A stretch of DNA of 64,000 nucleotides, taken from contig CM060734.1 in NCBI GenBank assembly GCA_030704615.1, forward strand, positions 29,636,001-29,700,000, read 5' to 3'. A model generated the notes under the pieces. The model was not told the DNA's origin, did not search any database, and was given only the letters and a program-made list of their open reading frames with translations. The DNA is from Takakia lepidozioides (lineage: Eukaryota > Plantae > Bryophyta). Made by a program: the position numbers and the translations under genes. Below are positions 47,730 through 60,126 of this stretch, in pieces; the stretch's first letter is position 1, and the number at the start of each line of letters is the position of its first letter.

Positions 47730-49215
47730 CCGCAAACACAAACGAACATGATGTGGATGGGCTTCACCCCTCGTGTGCACCTGCTTTCCAGCTTCAAGGC
47801 CTTTCATCTTGATGCACTTATGCAAGAGACAGACATACGTATCTGAATCTGCTGAAATTCCTCCTTAGTTTAAAGTTTGTAGAGCCTCTTTCAGTCTGCT
47901 TGCCTCACAAAGCATCTTCACATGCCCAGAAGTGCCAGAAGAGGCATTGTGGACTCCCTTTCTTGATCCTCTTTCAGAAGTTGTGGTAACGGTATATGCC
48001 CATGAATTTGAGCATAATAATATATGTGCAACACCCGTTGTCAGGAGCTGATGAATCGATGGGGTGTGATGGCAACTTGTCACTGAATGTTAAGACTGCA
48101 CTCTTTATGTTGCGCTAGTCAGTTGACCATTTCCCCATGCAGGTTTCTTGTAATTGGGGGTCAAGTGCTTTAAGTATGGCATTGGGGATGAGGTCGGGGC
48201 CGGGGGCCTTAGTTTTGGAGAGGGCTTTTAGGCATGAATCATAGAGAACATCTGGAGCTTGAAGTCCGGCCCTGTTGGATGAGTCTGGACCCACACTCTA
48301 TCCATGCTCCTTCAGCTATCCATGCCTATGTACAAATCATGCATACATCCTTGCTTTGCTGCTAGCAGCTGACAATGACAGCCTAGATTTGTTCTAGGAA
48401 ACACCCAACTCAACTTATCACACTAGTTCCTATGTTCAATTGCATCTGCTACTCTCTGTAATCCAACAGGCATTTACCTTTTTGCCTCGATTGTCCCACC
48501 ATTAACAGGGGTCAGAAAAGTATTCATTCCATAGCTTCTCATCTTTGTTACCTGTTTCTCGATACTTTCATGTTGTCACATTGGCAGTATCATGTCAGTC
48601 ACTCCAAACTATCAAAGGTTTAATCAACCAGCTTACTTGCAGAATTCAACATGAAAATTTAGGGCTGATTCTGATAATAGGCATCTCAGGGCCGAGTCCG
48701 ATGAGAGGCAAAAACAGGCTGAAATAGGTCGAAGAAGAGGGTGCCGTCACCATATTGCGTGAAACCCCTCCGCGCTCAAGGATGCCGGGTGGCTCAATTC
48801 TGGCTTTGATAATATCAGCATGGATCTTTTTGCCCTTTTCCAGGTCTGCTAGGCTGGCACATGCATCGAGAACGGAAGTGAATGTGACTTTGTCCGGTAC
48901 CCACCCTTCCCATATCATTTGCTCATAGGTCTCCAAGGCCTCCTGAACACACCCTTCCTGAGCATATCCTGCAATCATCGCATTCCATGAAACCACATCT
49001 CGTCCAGCCATATTGACAAAAACTCGACGGGCCTCCTTCATGCTCCCGCACTTGGCATAGATGGCAGCAAGGGCAGCCTCTAGAATGATATCTGGTGCAA
49101 TTCCAGCTTTCATAATGTCAGCTTGGACCTGTTTTCCCTTTTCCAGGGCACCTATGCTGGCACACGCCGCTGAGAGCAAAAACGAACGTGACCTTGGTGG
49201 GCGTCACCCCTTCAT
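47730..49215 (-). pseudogene. PLS-PPR gene fragments (N-terminus at 47750-47980; PPR motifs at 48790-49215) with duplicated upstream sequence
   Basis: RLKEALQTLN, HKCIKMKGLEAGKQVH and RDVVSWNAMIAGYAQEG. The non-coding stretch 48380-48680 is a diverged copy of 57410-57720. Confidence 0.8.
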
Positions 49216-49528
49216 GTACCATTGGTCAAAGGATCCACATTTTGTGTGATGCTTGTGTCTGTAGTCAGGTAATGCCAGATTGGTCTATGAGAACCACCAC
49301 GGTGCAGCTGAGCAGAAAGAGATTGAAACACGGCGTAAGACCAAGCTGACTCTTCCAAGAACCTTGTAAACGCGATCAAGGACGCGGGGGCATCATCTAT
49401 CCGGGTTTTTTTCCCAGTTATTTTCGAGCAGACTGGGCAGGGCCCAAAGAAATTGACGACGTACGAAACGTGGCGACGACAGCTGGCGACGATGATGTGG
49501 CACTATGGCACCCTATTCCTGCTCTACG

Positions 49529-49858
49529 CTAAACTAGCTCTCGACCTTCGGTCGTCGCTAGAACTAGGGCTTCGTGTTGCTCCGCACTACTAGCGACGAC
49601 TTCTGAGAAGGACGTCTGGACGGATGGGCCATACTCGAGGATCATGAGAGAGAGTACGGATCCGATTGGTGGGGGGAGGAGGGAGTTGGAGGGGTTTTCC
49701 ATTGGTTGTCTTGGTACAACAAGTAGATTTGGATTATGATAAATCAGTATTTTATTATTATTATCCGTTGTGAGCATGCATTGGGACAAAATGTAGACTT
49801 TTTGAAGAGGAGAAGGAGGACGGTCTTTATAAAATATGGTGGCCCTTACATGGAACAT
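49529..49858 (-). CDS. Hypothetical 109-aa ORF immediately downstream of the SSB-like gene
   Basis: The ATG lies 22 bp after the stop of the SSB-like ORF. No recognisable domain. Confidence 0.3.
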   Translation of the reverse strand: MFHVRATIFYKDRPPSPLQKVYILSQCMLTTDNNNKILIYHNPNLLVVPRQPMENPSNSLLPPPIGSVLSLMILEYGPSVQTSFSEVVASSAEQHEALVLATTEGRELV

Positions 49859-49880
49859 TTAGATGTGTCTAATTTAAGCT

Positions 49881-50538
49881 CTACCAAGCTATGCTTTTGC
49901 TCCAGTTGTCGTCATTCGACTCTGTCTCCTCTTGTGCTATGGCCAACAGTTTGACCCCTTTTAGTTGGAATGAAAGCCCGTGTTTCTTGTGACGAAAATT
50001 CATCCAATATCGGATGTTACACTTGACTGCAACGAGATCCCCTGAACGTACGGATTCTCCATCCATTTTCTGGCCATTTTCGTTGAGGACTTCTATTGTA
50101 TTGAACATCTCGTCGTTGTTTGTTTTTTTGACGTTTGTGTTGTTACCGGACGTCGAGCCAGAGTTGTTTGCGTTAGTTTTTAGGAGTTTTTTTTGTGAAA
50201 CTCATGTTGTTTTCCTGGCTGTCTTCTATCAATATTGTGAATTTTGCGTCTTTTAGTTCTTCGGCGAAAGTCACGAATCTGCAATTCCCGGTTTTGCCAA
50301 GGTAGGGGAATTTTGCAATACCTACGAAGATTGCTATTTCTTCACGGTCCAAAGGGACGTTCCACAATGCACTTTGGAAGTTTGTACTGTAGGGCAGGCG
50401 TTTCCATGTGTTCCCCACCTTTGGGGCATGATGGTCATTGGACGTGAAACTGTCGTATATCACGTTTGTCATGTCTTGGTGGGTTATTTCTTGGTCCATT
50501 ACAGTGTCTATTGTGTCGGCTATTTCCGACGTTGACAT
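49881..50538 (-). pseudogene. Putative phage/virus-type (T7 gp2.5-like OB-fold) single-stranded DNA-binding protein, 218 aa after one frameshift repair
   Basis: Removing one A from the A8 run (50187-50194) fuses ORFs 50173-50538 and 49881-50108. The C-terminal half reads IEVLNENG...VRSGDLVAVKCNIRYW...GLSFQLKGVKLL, then an acidic tail ending in W. Confidence 0.5.
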
Positions 50539-50558
50539 GGTTGTTTATATGTATGGTG

Positions 50559-50582
50559 CAGAGAGAGAGAGAGAGAGAGAGA
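50559..50582. repeat. (GA)n microsatellite
   Basis: Direct observation. It lies just upstream of the SSB-like ATG. Confidence 0.9.
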
Positions 50583-51254
50583 TGAATAGCAGACATGTCG
50601 GTAGAAGTAGAGCATGATGCAGCCAGAAGAGCTTTCAAGAGGCAGTGGACAACCATGGCTATGGTAGGAGGCAAATGCTATGCTTTTGAGTCCTAGCTAC
50701 TGCTTCCAAATAGCCCATTAGTGAAAGAGATAGACGTCACAACACAGGTGGTAATTCTGGGCTTGGATCACATCTAAATTCACTAGTCCCCAGCACAGAG
50801 AAACTTACTGCCACTTCTTGGCCAGTAATCTAGGGACCTACTATGCAAGGATTAGGTGTTGACCTAAGGGACCAGAATCAATGAAATCTGACTGTACAAC
50901 AAAGATATTTTCTCTTGCCGTAAATGCATAATAGAAAATGTACCTGGAAGCATCATTCGATTAGGGACCCTCTCACTATCGGTTATTTTTTTAGCAGCAA
51001 CACCCAGTGAAGACGAAAGGCATAGTCCATTGATGTTTGATTCAGGCCCAGCTATGCTGATCGAGGAATTCCAATAGGAGATGGCCCTTCACTTCCTGCT
51101 CACAATTGTTTTGTTCCTGTCATAAAACCAGAGAACCTCACATCAGAACGTATAGGCTTACAAATACATACAGATCCATCTCCACTTTTTCAGTGCTCAA
51201 AGACTGGCACAGGCATCAGAATACACATGAGGTTCACCTACCAGGTATCACCCA

Positions 51255-54200
51255 TTCACAATCTCCAAAGCCTCCCTGCCACACCCAGTACATAAATAGA
51301 GTACACATAAGTTCCTTGCTTTGCATCCTCAATGCACCCACATTGAGCATACATGTCCACCAGGGCAGAGTTCAGAATGACATCTGGTACAATCCCAGCT
51401 TTGACATTGTCACCATGGACCTGCTTTCCAGCTTCCAGACCTTTCTTGGCATGAATCCACATCAGAGTTTGTTGGCACTAGGAAAGGGTTGAGACTGAGC
51501 TGCTCAACTACTCCCTTGTCTTACTGGGTTTACATAGTGTGCCAAGCACAACATCAGGTGCCAAAGCCTCCATCCAGTGCCCCTGCTATGCATACCCTAC
51601 AAGCATCAAGTTCCACGACACCACATCTCGTTCAGCCATACTGTTCTCTTCATGCATGTCCACGAGGGTGTTGTTCAGAATGACATGTGGTACAATTGCA
51701 GCTCTGACAATGTCGCCATCAACCTCTTTGTCCTTCTCCAGAGCTGCCAGCTTTGCACACGCATTGCAAACTATCAAAGGTTCAAAATTGCAGAAATCAA
51801 CATGAAAATTTAAGGACGATTTCGATAAGAGGGGAAAACAGGGTGAAATGTTTTGAAGGCACTTCATCTGCCCAGACAATCTTCTCAGCTCAGCATGGAT
51901 TTCCTTAATTCTGGGATGCAACCTGTCATCTACAGCGAAGGTGTGCACCCTGTTGCAAATCTCAATGCAGTAGCGACCTGGCTCCTTTCTAACCCCTCTG
52001 ACCTTCATCATTCTTCTCACCAACTCCTGCTTTTGCGATGCAACCATGCACCCCTTTGCTCATTTCCAGGGCTGCCAGGCTTGCAAACACACAGACGTGA
52101 TGTGGTCGGGCTTCACCCCTTCCCCCATCATTTGCTCATAGGTCTCCAAAGCCTCCATCCCACGCCCCTGCTGTGCATACCCTGCAAGCATCGCATTCCA
52201 CGACACCACATTTCATTCAGCGATATTGTTGAACACTGCCTTCGCATCCTCGATGCTCCCACATTTGGCATACATGTCCACGAGGGCATTGTTCAAAATA
52301 ACATCGGGTACAATTCCAGCTTTGACGATCACCCCTTCGCAGAGTACACATAAGTTCCTTGCTTTGCATCCTCAATGCACCCACATTTTGCATACATGTC
52401 CACCAGGGCAGAGTTCAGAATGACATCTGGTACAATCCCAGCTTTGACATTGTCACCATGGACCTCTTTACCCTTTTCCAGGGCTGTCAGGCTTGCACAA
52501 GCATTGCAATCACAAATAAATGTGATGTGGTTGGGCTTCACCCCTTCCCCCATCAATTGATCATAGGATTCCAAAGCCACCAACCCTCGTCCCTGCTATG
52601 CATACCCTGCAAGCATAGCGTGCCACAACACCACATCTTGTTCAGCCATAGTGTTGAAAACTACCTTCGCATCCTTGGCATGAATCCACTTTGGATAATG
52701 TGAGTATGCACTTGCTTTCCAGCTTCCAAACCTTTCATCTTGACGTATCTGAATCTGCTGAAATGCCTTCCACATTTGGCATACATGTCCACGAGGGTAT
52801 TGTTCACAATGACATCTAATACAATTCCAGCTTTTGCACCCATTCTGCTAAAGAAGTTTTACTTGAAGTTTATCTCACGCTTACGAGACGTTCAGACACA
52901 TGAGCAAACGAGCTATGATAAAACCCATCGAGACAGTTCAACGGCAGTGGCAACATACAGATGCACAAAGTGCTTCCGCACATGCATTGCAAACGCACAC
53001 AAACGTGATGTGGTCGGGCTTCACCCCTTCGCACATCATTTGCTTATATGTCTCCAAAGCCACCATCCCGCGCCCCTGCTGTGCATATCCTGCGAGCATT
53101 GCGTTCCACGACACCACATTTCGTTCAGCCATATGGTCGAACACTCCCCTTTGCATGCTCGATGCTCCCACATTTGGCGTACATGTCCACCACGATATTG
53201 TTCAGGATCACATCTGGTACGATTCCAGCTCTGACAATGTCGCCATGCACCTCTTTGCCCTTTTCCAGGGCTGCCAGGCTTGCACATGCATTGCAAACGC
53301 ACACAAACGTGATGCGGTTGGGCTTCACCCCTTCGCACATCATTTGCTCATACGTCTCCAAAGCCTCCATCCCGCGCCCCTGCTGTGCATATCCTGCGAA
53401 CATCGCACTCCACGACACCACATCTCGTTCCGCCATATTGTTGAACACTCCCTTTGCATGCTCGATGCTCCCACATTTGGCATGCATGTCCACCAGGGTA
53501 TTGTTCAGGATGACATCTGGTACAATCCCAGCTCTGACGATATCGTCATGCACCTCTTTGCCCTTTTTCAGGGCTGCCAGGCTTGCACATGCACTGCAAA
53601 CGCACGCAAACGTGATGTGGTCGGGCTTCACCCCTTCCCCCATCATTTTCTCATAGGTCTCCAAAGCATTCATACCACACCCATGCTTGGTAAATCTTGC
53701 CAACATTATATTCCATGTGATCAAAGATCGTTGAGGCATTCTGTTGAACACTTGGTGAGCATCCATGATGCTCCCGCACTTAACATACATGTTGACAAGG
53801 GTGCTGAGGAGAAAAACATTTGGCGTGAATCCACTTTGGATAATGTGAGTGTGCACATGCTTTCCAGCTTCCAGGCCTTTCACCTTGATGCACTTATGCA
53901 AGAGACAGACATACGTTTCTGAATCTGCTGAAATGCCTCCTTGGTCACTTAACGTGCCTCTTTTACACTCCCGCATTTGGCATACATATGGACTAAGGTA
54001 GTCTCCAAATTAATAGATGACTCCAGCTTCCTTGATGTCAGCATGGATCTACTTCCCTTTTTCCAGTGCTCCTAAGCTACCACAGGCATCGAGAATGGTA
54101 ATAGACGTGACTCTGTCAGGCATCACCCTTCCAGAGCATTCGCTCATAGATTTTGAGAGCCTTTTTGCCATGTCCAAGCTGAGCATACCCTGTGATCACG

Positions 54201-57179
54201 GCACTCCATGAGACCACATCGTGCTTAGACATTCTGTCAAACACTTCATGCGCATCCTTCACACTCCCGCAACTGGCATACATGTGGACCAGAGCGGTGT
54301 CCAGAATATTGTCTGACTGAATTCCAGTTTTGATGATATCAGAATGGATTCCCCTGCCACTTTCCAGGGCTATTGTACTTGGCTATAGCTATCCTCCACA
54401 TATTGTTGGAGTCACATCATGATCTTGAGTCAGGGAATGAAAGTAATGCCTGCCTTCATCCACTAGGCCAACATGGCTACATGGAGAGAGCAAACACAAA
54501 TGAAGGTGATCTTGTCCAGCTTCAAGCCTTCCTTTTGCATTCCTTCAAATAGTTGCAGGGCCTCCCTATGGCAACCGTGCTGGGCATATCCTGCCATCAT
54601 CACATTCCACGACACCATATCTCGTTCCATATTGTTGAACACTTCCTTTCCATCCTTGATGCTCCCGCACTTAGCATACATGTCCACAAGGGTATTGTTC
54701 AGAATCATATTTGGTACAATTCCACCTTTAACGATGTCAGCATGGACCTCTTTGCCCTTTTGCAGAGCTGCCAAGCTGGAACACGCATTGCAAACGCAAA
54801 CAAATGTGATCTGGTGTGGTCTCACCCCTTCCCACATCATTTGCTCATAAATCTCCAAAGCCTCCATCCCGTACCCATGCTGGGCATATCCTGCCATCAT
54901 TGCATTCCACGTGCAGCCATATTGTCGAACACTCCCTTTGCATCCCTGATGCTCCTGCATTTAGCGTACATGTCTAGGAGGGCAGTGTCCAGAATGACAT
55001 CTGGTACAATTCCAGCTCTCATGATGTCACCATGAACCTCTTTGCCCTTTTCCAGGTCTGCCAGGCTTGCACACACATTGCACATGCACACGGACGTGAC
55101 GTGGTTGGGCTTCACCCCTTCGCAGATCATTTGCTCATAGGTCTCCAAAGCCTCCATCCAACAACCAAGCTGGGCGTATCTGTGATCATCGCACTCCAGG
55201 ACACCACATCCCGTTCAGCCATATGGTCAAATATCCCACTGCATCCTTGATGCTCCCACATTGGTATACATGTCTATGAGGGTAGTTTCCAAGATGATAT
55301 TTGGTACAATTCCAGCTTTCCTGATATCACAATGGACCTCTTTACCCTTCTCTAGGGCTGTCAGATTCGCACACACACTGCAAATGCAAACAAACGTGAC
55401 CTGGTTGAGTGTCCCCCCTTCTAGGATCATTTGCTCATAGGTCTCCAAAGCCTCCCTCGCACACCCATGCTGGGCATATCCTGCTATCACTGCATTCCAT
55501 GTCACTACATTTCGTGCCACTATATCATCAAACACTACCTTGCATCATTGATGCTCCCGCATTGGGCATACATATCCACCAGGGCGGTGCCTAGAATGAC
55601 ATCTGGTATAATTCCAGCTTTCATGATGTCAGCATGGACCTCTTTTCCCTTTCCCAGGGCCGCCAGGCTTGCACACGCATTGCAAATGCAAATGAATGTG
55701 ACCTGGTTGGGCTTCACCCCTTCGCGCATCATTTGCTCATATGTCTCCAAGGCATTCTTACCACACCCATGCTTGGCAAATCCTGCAATCATTATGTTCC
55801 ACGAGATCAAACCTTGTTGAGGCATTTTGTCGAACACTTGGTGTGCATCCACAATGCTCTTGCATTTGACATACATGTTGACAAGGGTGTTGTGTAGAAA
55901 CACATTTGGCTTGAATCCACTTTGGATAATGTGAGCGTGCACCTCCTTTCCAGCTGTTAGGTCTTTCATCTTGATGCACTTATGCAGGAGACAAACAGAA
56001 GTATCTGAATGTGCTGAAATATCTCCTTGGTTCAAAGTTTGCAGAGCCTCTTTCAGTTGTCCTGCCTCACTTGGTGTCCTTTGCCCAAAAGCACAAGAAG
56101 ACATCTTCTGGACTCCCTCTCTTGGTCCCCTTTTGGAAGTGGTTGTCATGGTGGAAGTGCCTGATTTTATCAGCTGTGGTCCCACTCCTGCTTCCAGTTG
56201 ACCATCTACCCATGCAGATTTCTTGCAGCTATCAATCTTGGTACTCTTGTGCTTGAGATCTGGCCCTCTGGCATGGACCTGGACCCACAACTCCATCACG
56301 ACCTCCAATTATCCCTGCCTTGGCAAAAACAAAATCTCCACCTTGCTGCTGAGAGCTAAGATGACAAACCATAATTTATCTAGCAAACACCCCAACTTCA
56401 CCTTCCAGACCTTTCATCTTGATGCACTTAAGCAAGAGACAGACAAACGAATCTGAATCTGCTGAAATACCTCCTACATTTGGCATACATGTCCACGAGG
56501 GTATTGTTCTGCTATGCATACCCTGCAAGCATCGTGTGCCACGACACCACATCTCGTTCAGCCATAGTGTTGAAACTCCCTTCACATCCTCAATGCACCC
56601 ACATTTGGCATACATGTCCACCAGGGCAGTGTTCAGAATGACATCTGGTACAATTCCAGCTTTGACGATGTCACCATGGGCCTCTTTCCCCTAGTTTTCC
56701 AGAGCTCCCAGGCTTGCACACGCATTGCAAACACAAACAAATGTGATGTGGTTGGGCTTCACCCCTTTATGCAGCATTTGCACATAGGTCTCCAAAGCAT
56801 TCCTACCACACCCATGCTTGGTAAATCCTGCCAACATTATATTCCACGTGATCAAAGATCGATCGTTGAGGCATTCGGTTGCACACTTGGTGAGCATCCA
56901 TGATGCTCCCGCACTTAACACATACATGTTGACAAGGGTGTTGAGGAGAAAAACACTTGGCGTGAATCCACTTTGGATAATGTGAGTGTGCACCTGCTTT
57001 CCAGCTTCTAGACCTTTCATCTTGATGCACTTAAGCAAGAGACAGACAAACGTATCTGAATCTGCTGAAATGCCCCCTTGGTTTAAAGTCTGTAGAGCCT
57101 CTTTCAGTCTGCCCGCCTCACAAAGCATCTTCACATGCCCAGAAGTGCCAGAAGAGGCATTGTGGACCTCTCTCTTCAT
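51255..57179 (-). pseudogene. Cluster of fragmented PLS-class PPR (E+/DYW-type RNA-editing factor) genes
   Basis: Several copies of the same N-terminus (QGGISADSDTFVCLL.KCIKMKGLEAGKQVH) and near-identical PLS triplets. An E2/E+ PG-box fragment VRKEPGRYCIEICNRVHTFAVDDRLHP lies at about 51860-52030. The longest ORF is 283 aa. Confidence 0.9.
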
Positions 57180-58499
57180 CCTGTTTCAAAAGCTGTGGTC
57201 ATGGTTGAGGTGCCTGATTTTATCAACTGTGCCAGCAGCTGCTTTTAATTGACCATCTACCCATGCAGGTTTCTTTAACTATAGATCCACAGGGAATCAT
57301 AGGTAATCTTGTGCTTGAAATCTGGCCCTCTTGGATGAATCTGGACCCACACTCTATCCCTGGTCCTTCAGCTATCACTCATGCATACTTCCTTGCCTTG
57401 CAGCTGATAATCACAGCCTAGATTTGTTCTAGGAAACACCCAACTCAGCTTATCACACTAGTTCCTATGCTGAATTGCGTCTGCTACTCTCTATAATCTA
57501 ACAGGCATTAACCTTTTTGCCTTGGTTGTCCCACCATTGACTGGGGTCAGAAAAGTATTCATTCCACAGCTACTCCTCATCTTTGTTACGTGTTTTTGGA
57601 TACTTTTTTGTTGTCATGTTGGCAGTATCGTGTCAAAGTCACTCCAAACTATCAAAGATTCATTCAACCAGCTAACTTGCAGAATTCAACATGGAATTTT
57701 AGGGCCGATTCTGATAAGAGGGGGAAAAAGGATGAAATGTGTTGAAGAAGGTACCTTCAATAGCAGTGCCTGATTTTATCAATTGTGCTGCTGCTGCGCT
57801 TCCAGTTGACCATCTACCCATGCAGGTTTCTTGCAGTTATGGATCCACAGGGAATCATAGGTAATCTTGAGCTTGAAATCCGGCCCTCTTAGATAGCCTT
57901 TCTTGTGTGAAGGCTTTCTGTAGTAATTTCTGTTCCCTTTTGTTTTGTCACATACACTCACCCCTCTCTCACATGATTCAGTCCATTCGCATCTACAAAG
58001 CAAAGACAAGGAGCTCAACCAGTATAAGAATTTCACTCGAGTCTTTGAAACTCGCCGTCTCCGCAAACTTCCGTTACAACCGACACACAGAAATGACGAT
58101 GACGTGGCTGTCGACGCCGACGTGGAACTATGGCACCCTATTCACGCTCCACGCTAAACTAGCTCTTGACCTTCGGTTCGCTAGAATTGTACATACGTGA
58201 TGGGCAACTTTTTAAGTTTTTTAACCTTTTTACAAACCCTATAAGCAACTTTTTTTTTTTTTTTTTTTTAATAATTTTTTTTTAAAGGAAACCTCATGCC
58301 CTTGAGGAGGGGGGAAAATTAACCCCCTTTCATTTATGGGCCATGAGACCTACATGATGATCAACGCCCAGACATACCGTCGTCACAAACAATCCTACAC
58401 ACGGGGTAATGCAGCGGGTTTGAACCCTGAACCACCAGGGTGACACACTCTGCACTTACCAGCCGACGTGTTTTTTTTAAATCTTTTGCACTTTGATTT

Positions 58500-60123
58500 G
58501 TTTTTTAAGAAAAAAATCATTTTAGTGGTTACAAGTGAGCACATAGATGTATTCCATGGAGATAAACAAAACTGTTCATCCAGTGTCTTCACGGTGGATG
58601 TATCCCATGGAGCGTTACATGAAAGATCTTAAGGAATACGTTAGGAATTACGCAAAGCCAGAAGGGAGTACGGCTGCAGGGTATGTTCTTGATGAGGCCA
58701 TGGGGTTCATGACTGAGTATATGCAATCATTTGATGCAACTCAACGGCGGACTTGGGATGTAAATGCGGAGGAAGGGGTTGAGGACGAGGTCTTCGAAGG
58801 TGTCGGCAAAAAGCGGGACATGACTGGAGCTGGGAGAGATGCAGCACAAATTTTGTATGTGCTGAACAATACCAATATCGTGGCTCCTTGGGTGCAGTGA
58901 GTACTTCTTTTCATTGCACCTTATTTATATCAAGTTCAATTTCAATTCTGACTGTCACCAGTGTAATCAAACCACCCACAAAATCACAAATGTTAGTGGT
59001 TCATCCTGAGTATAACCAATGTTGTAGTAACGGAATGTCTGAGTGAGTGACTTGTTGGAAGAGCATGTTCATTTACAAGTCATTCTGCTCACTCCTCCAG
59101 TGGTTTTCAAAGTATCATTCATACTAGGTATTTTTTGCCAAGTAATGCAATACTTCATTGCTAACATGTATCATTCTTGTTGTCATTTTGTGACAAAAAG
59201 TATGCAACAGAGAAGGCACAGTTCACAGTAGACAAAGAGGCATATGGTGATGAGTGGCGTGCCAATCGACGTCTACCTTATCAGATCAGCCAATACCTAG
59301 GTCATTAGATGGTGCCACGGCTCTAAATAAAGAAGACCTGGCTATGTTGGCTACCATTCAAGCGGCATTTGTGCAACCAACCACTATTCCAGTTGAGCAA
59401 AGTGATTCAGAGGGTGACGAATATGTTTCAGATTCAGAATAAAGTTTATTGTTGGAACCATTTGTTCAATAGCATCATCCCACAATGGTCTGGCCACTTG
59501 TCTGTTTTTCAAAGTCTGTCACAGCTGCACAAACCACTTAAAGTTTTTCATGTATCACCCAAAAAGTGGTACCAATCACTGTTGTGTAGGCAACCACTCA
59601 TGAGCAACCACTAAAATAGTGGTTCCAATTACTGCAGTATCTTTCACCACCCACTCTCCACCACTGTCAAAGTGGTACAAATCAATAAGGTGTCTTTAAC
59701 CACTCAAGATCAACGTGCACTGTCCCCGTCCACGTGGAATATTATATTTATTAATTAAAATATATTTCCAAATCATAAATCACAAATAAAATTTGAATTA
59801 TTACACGTGGAGTAGCTAGTGGTTTCAACCACTTCCCATCACTAAGGTGTCTATAACCACTCACAATGTACCACTGCACTCGTCCACGTGGAATATTATA
59901 TTTATTAATTAAAATGTATTATCAAATAAATAATAATAAATAAAAACAAATTATTACACGTGGACTACTGAGTGGTTGAAACCACTTCCAACCACTGTCT
60001 GTGATGCCACCGTGGCATTTCATTGGGATTAACCACTGGCAAGTGGTTACTAGTGGTTTATAGAGTGAGAAAAGACAGTAGTGGTTAAAGGGCCAGTGGT
60101 TATTCCGCGTTTTTCCTCTAGTG
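58500..60123 (+). mobile_element. CACTA right arm: transposase (DUF4218-like) fragment, subterminal repeats, 29-bp TIR
   Basis: PVSSRWMYPMERYMKDLKEYVRNYAKPEGS (58547-58900). The TIR ends at 60123 and is followed by AAG. Confidence 0.9.
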
Positions 60124-60126
60124 AAG

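Noticed and set aside
52900-53922. Long plus-strand ORFs (up to 340 aa) over the PPR clusters
   Set aside because: These are antisense shadows of the minus-strand PPR repeats.
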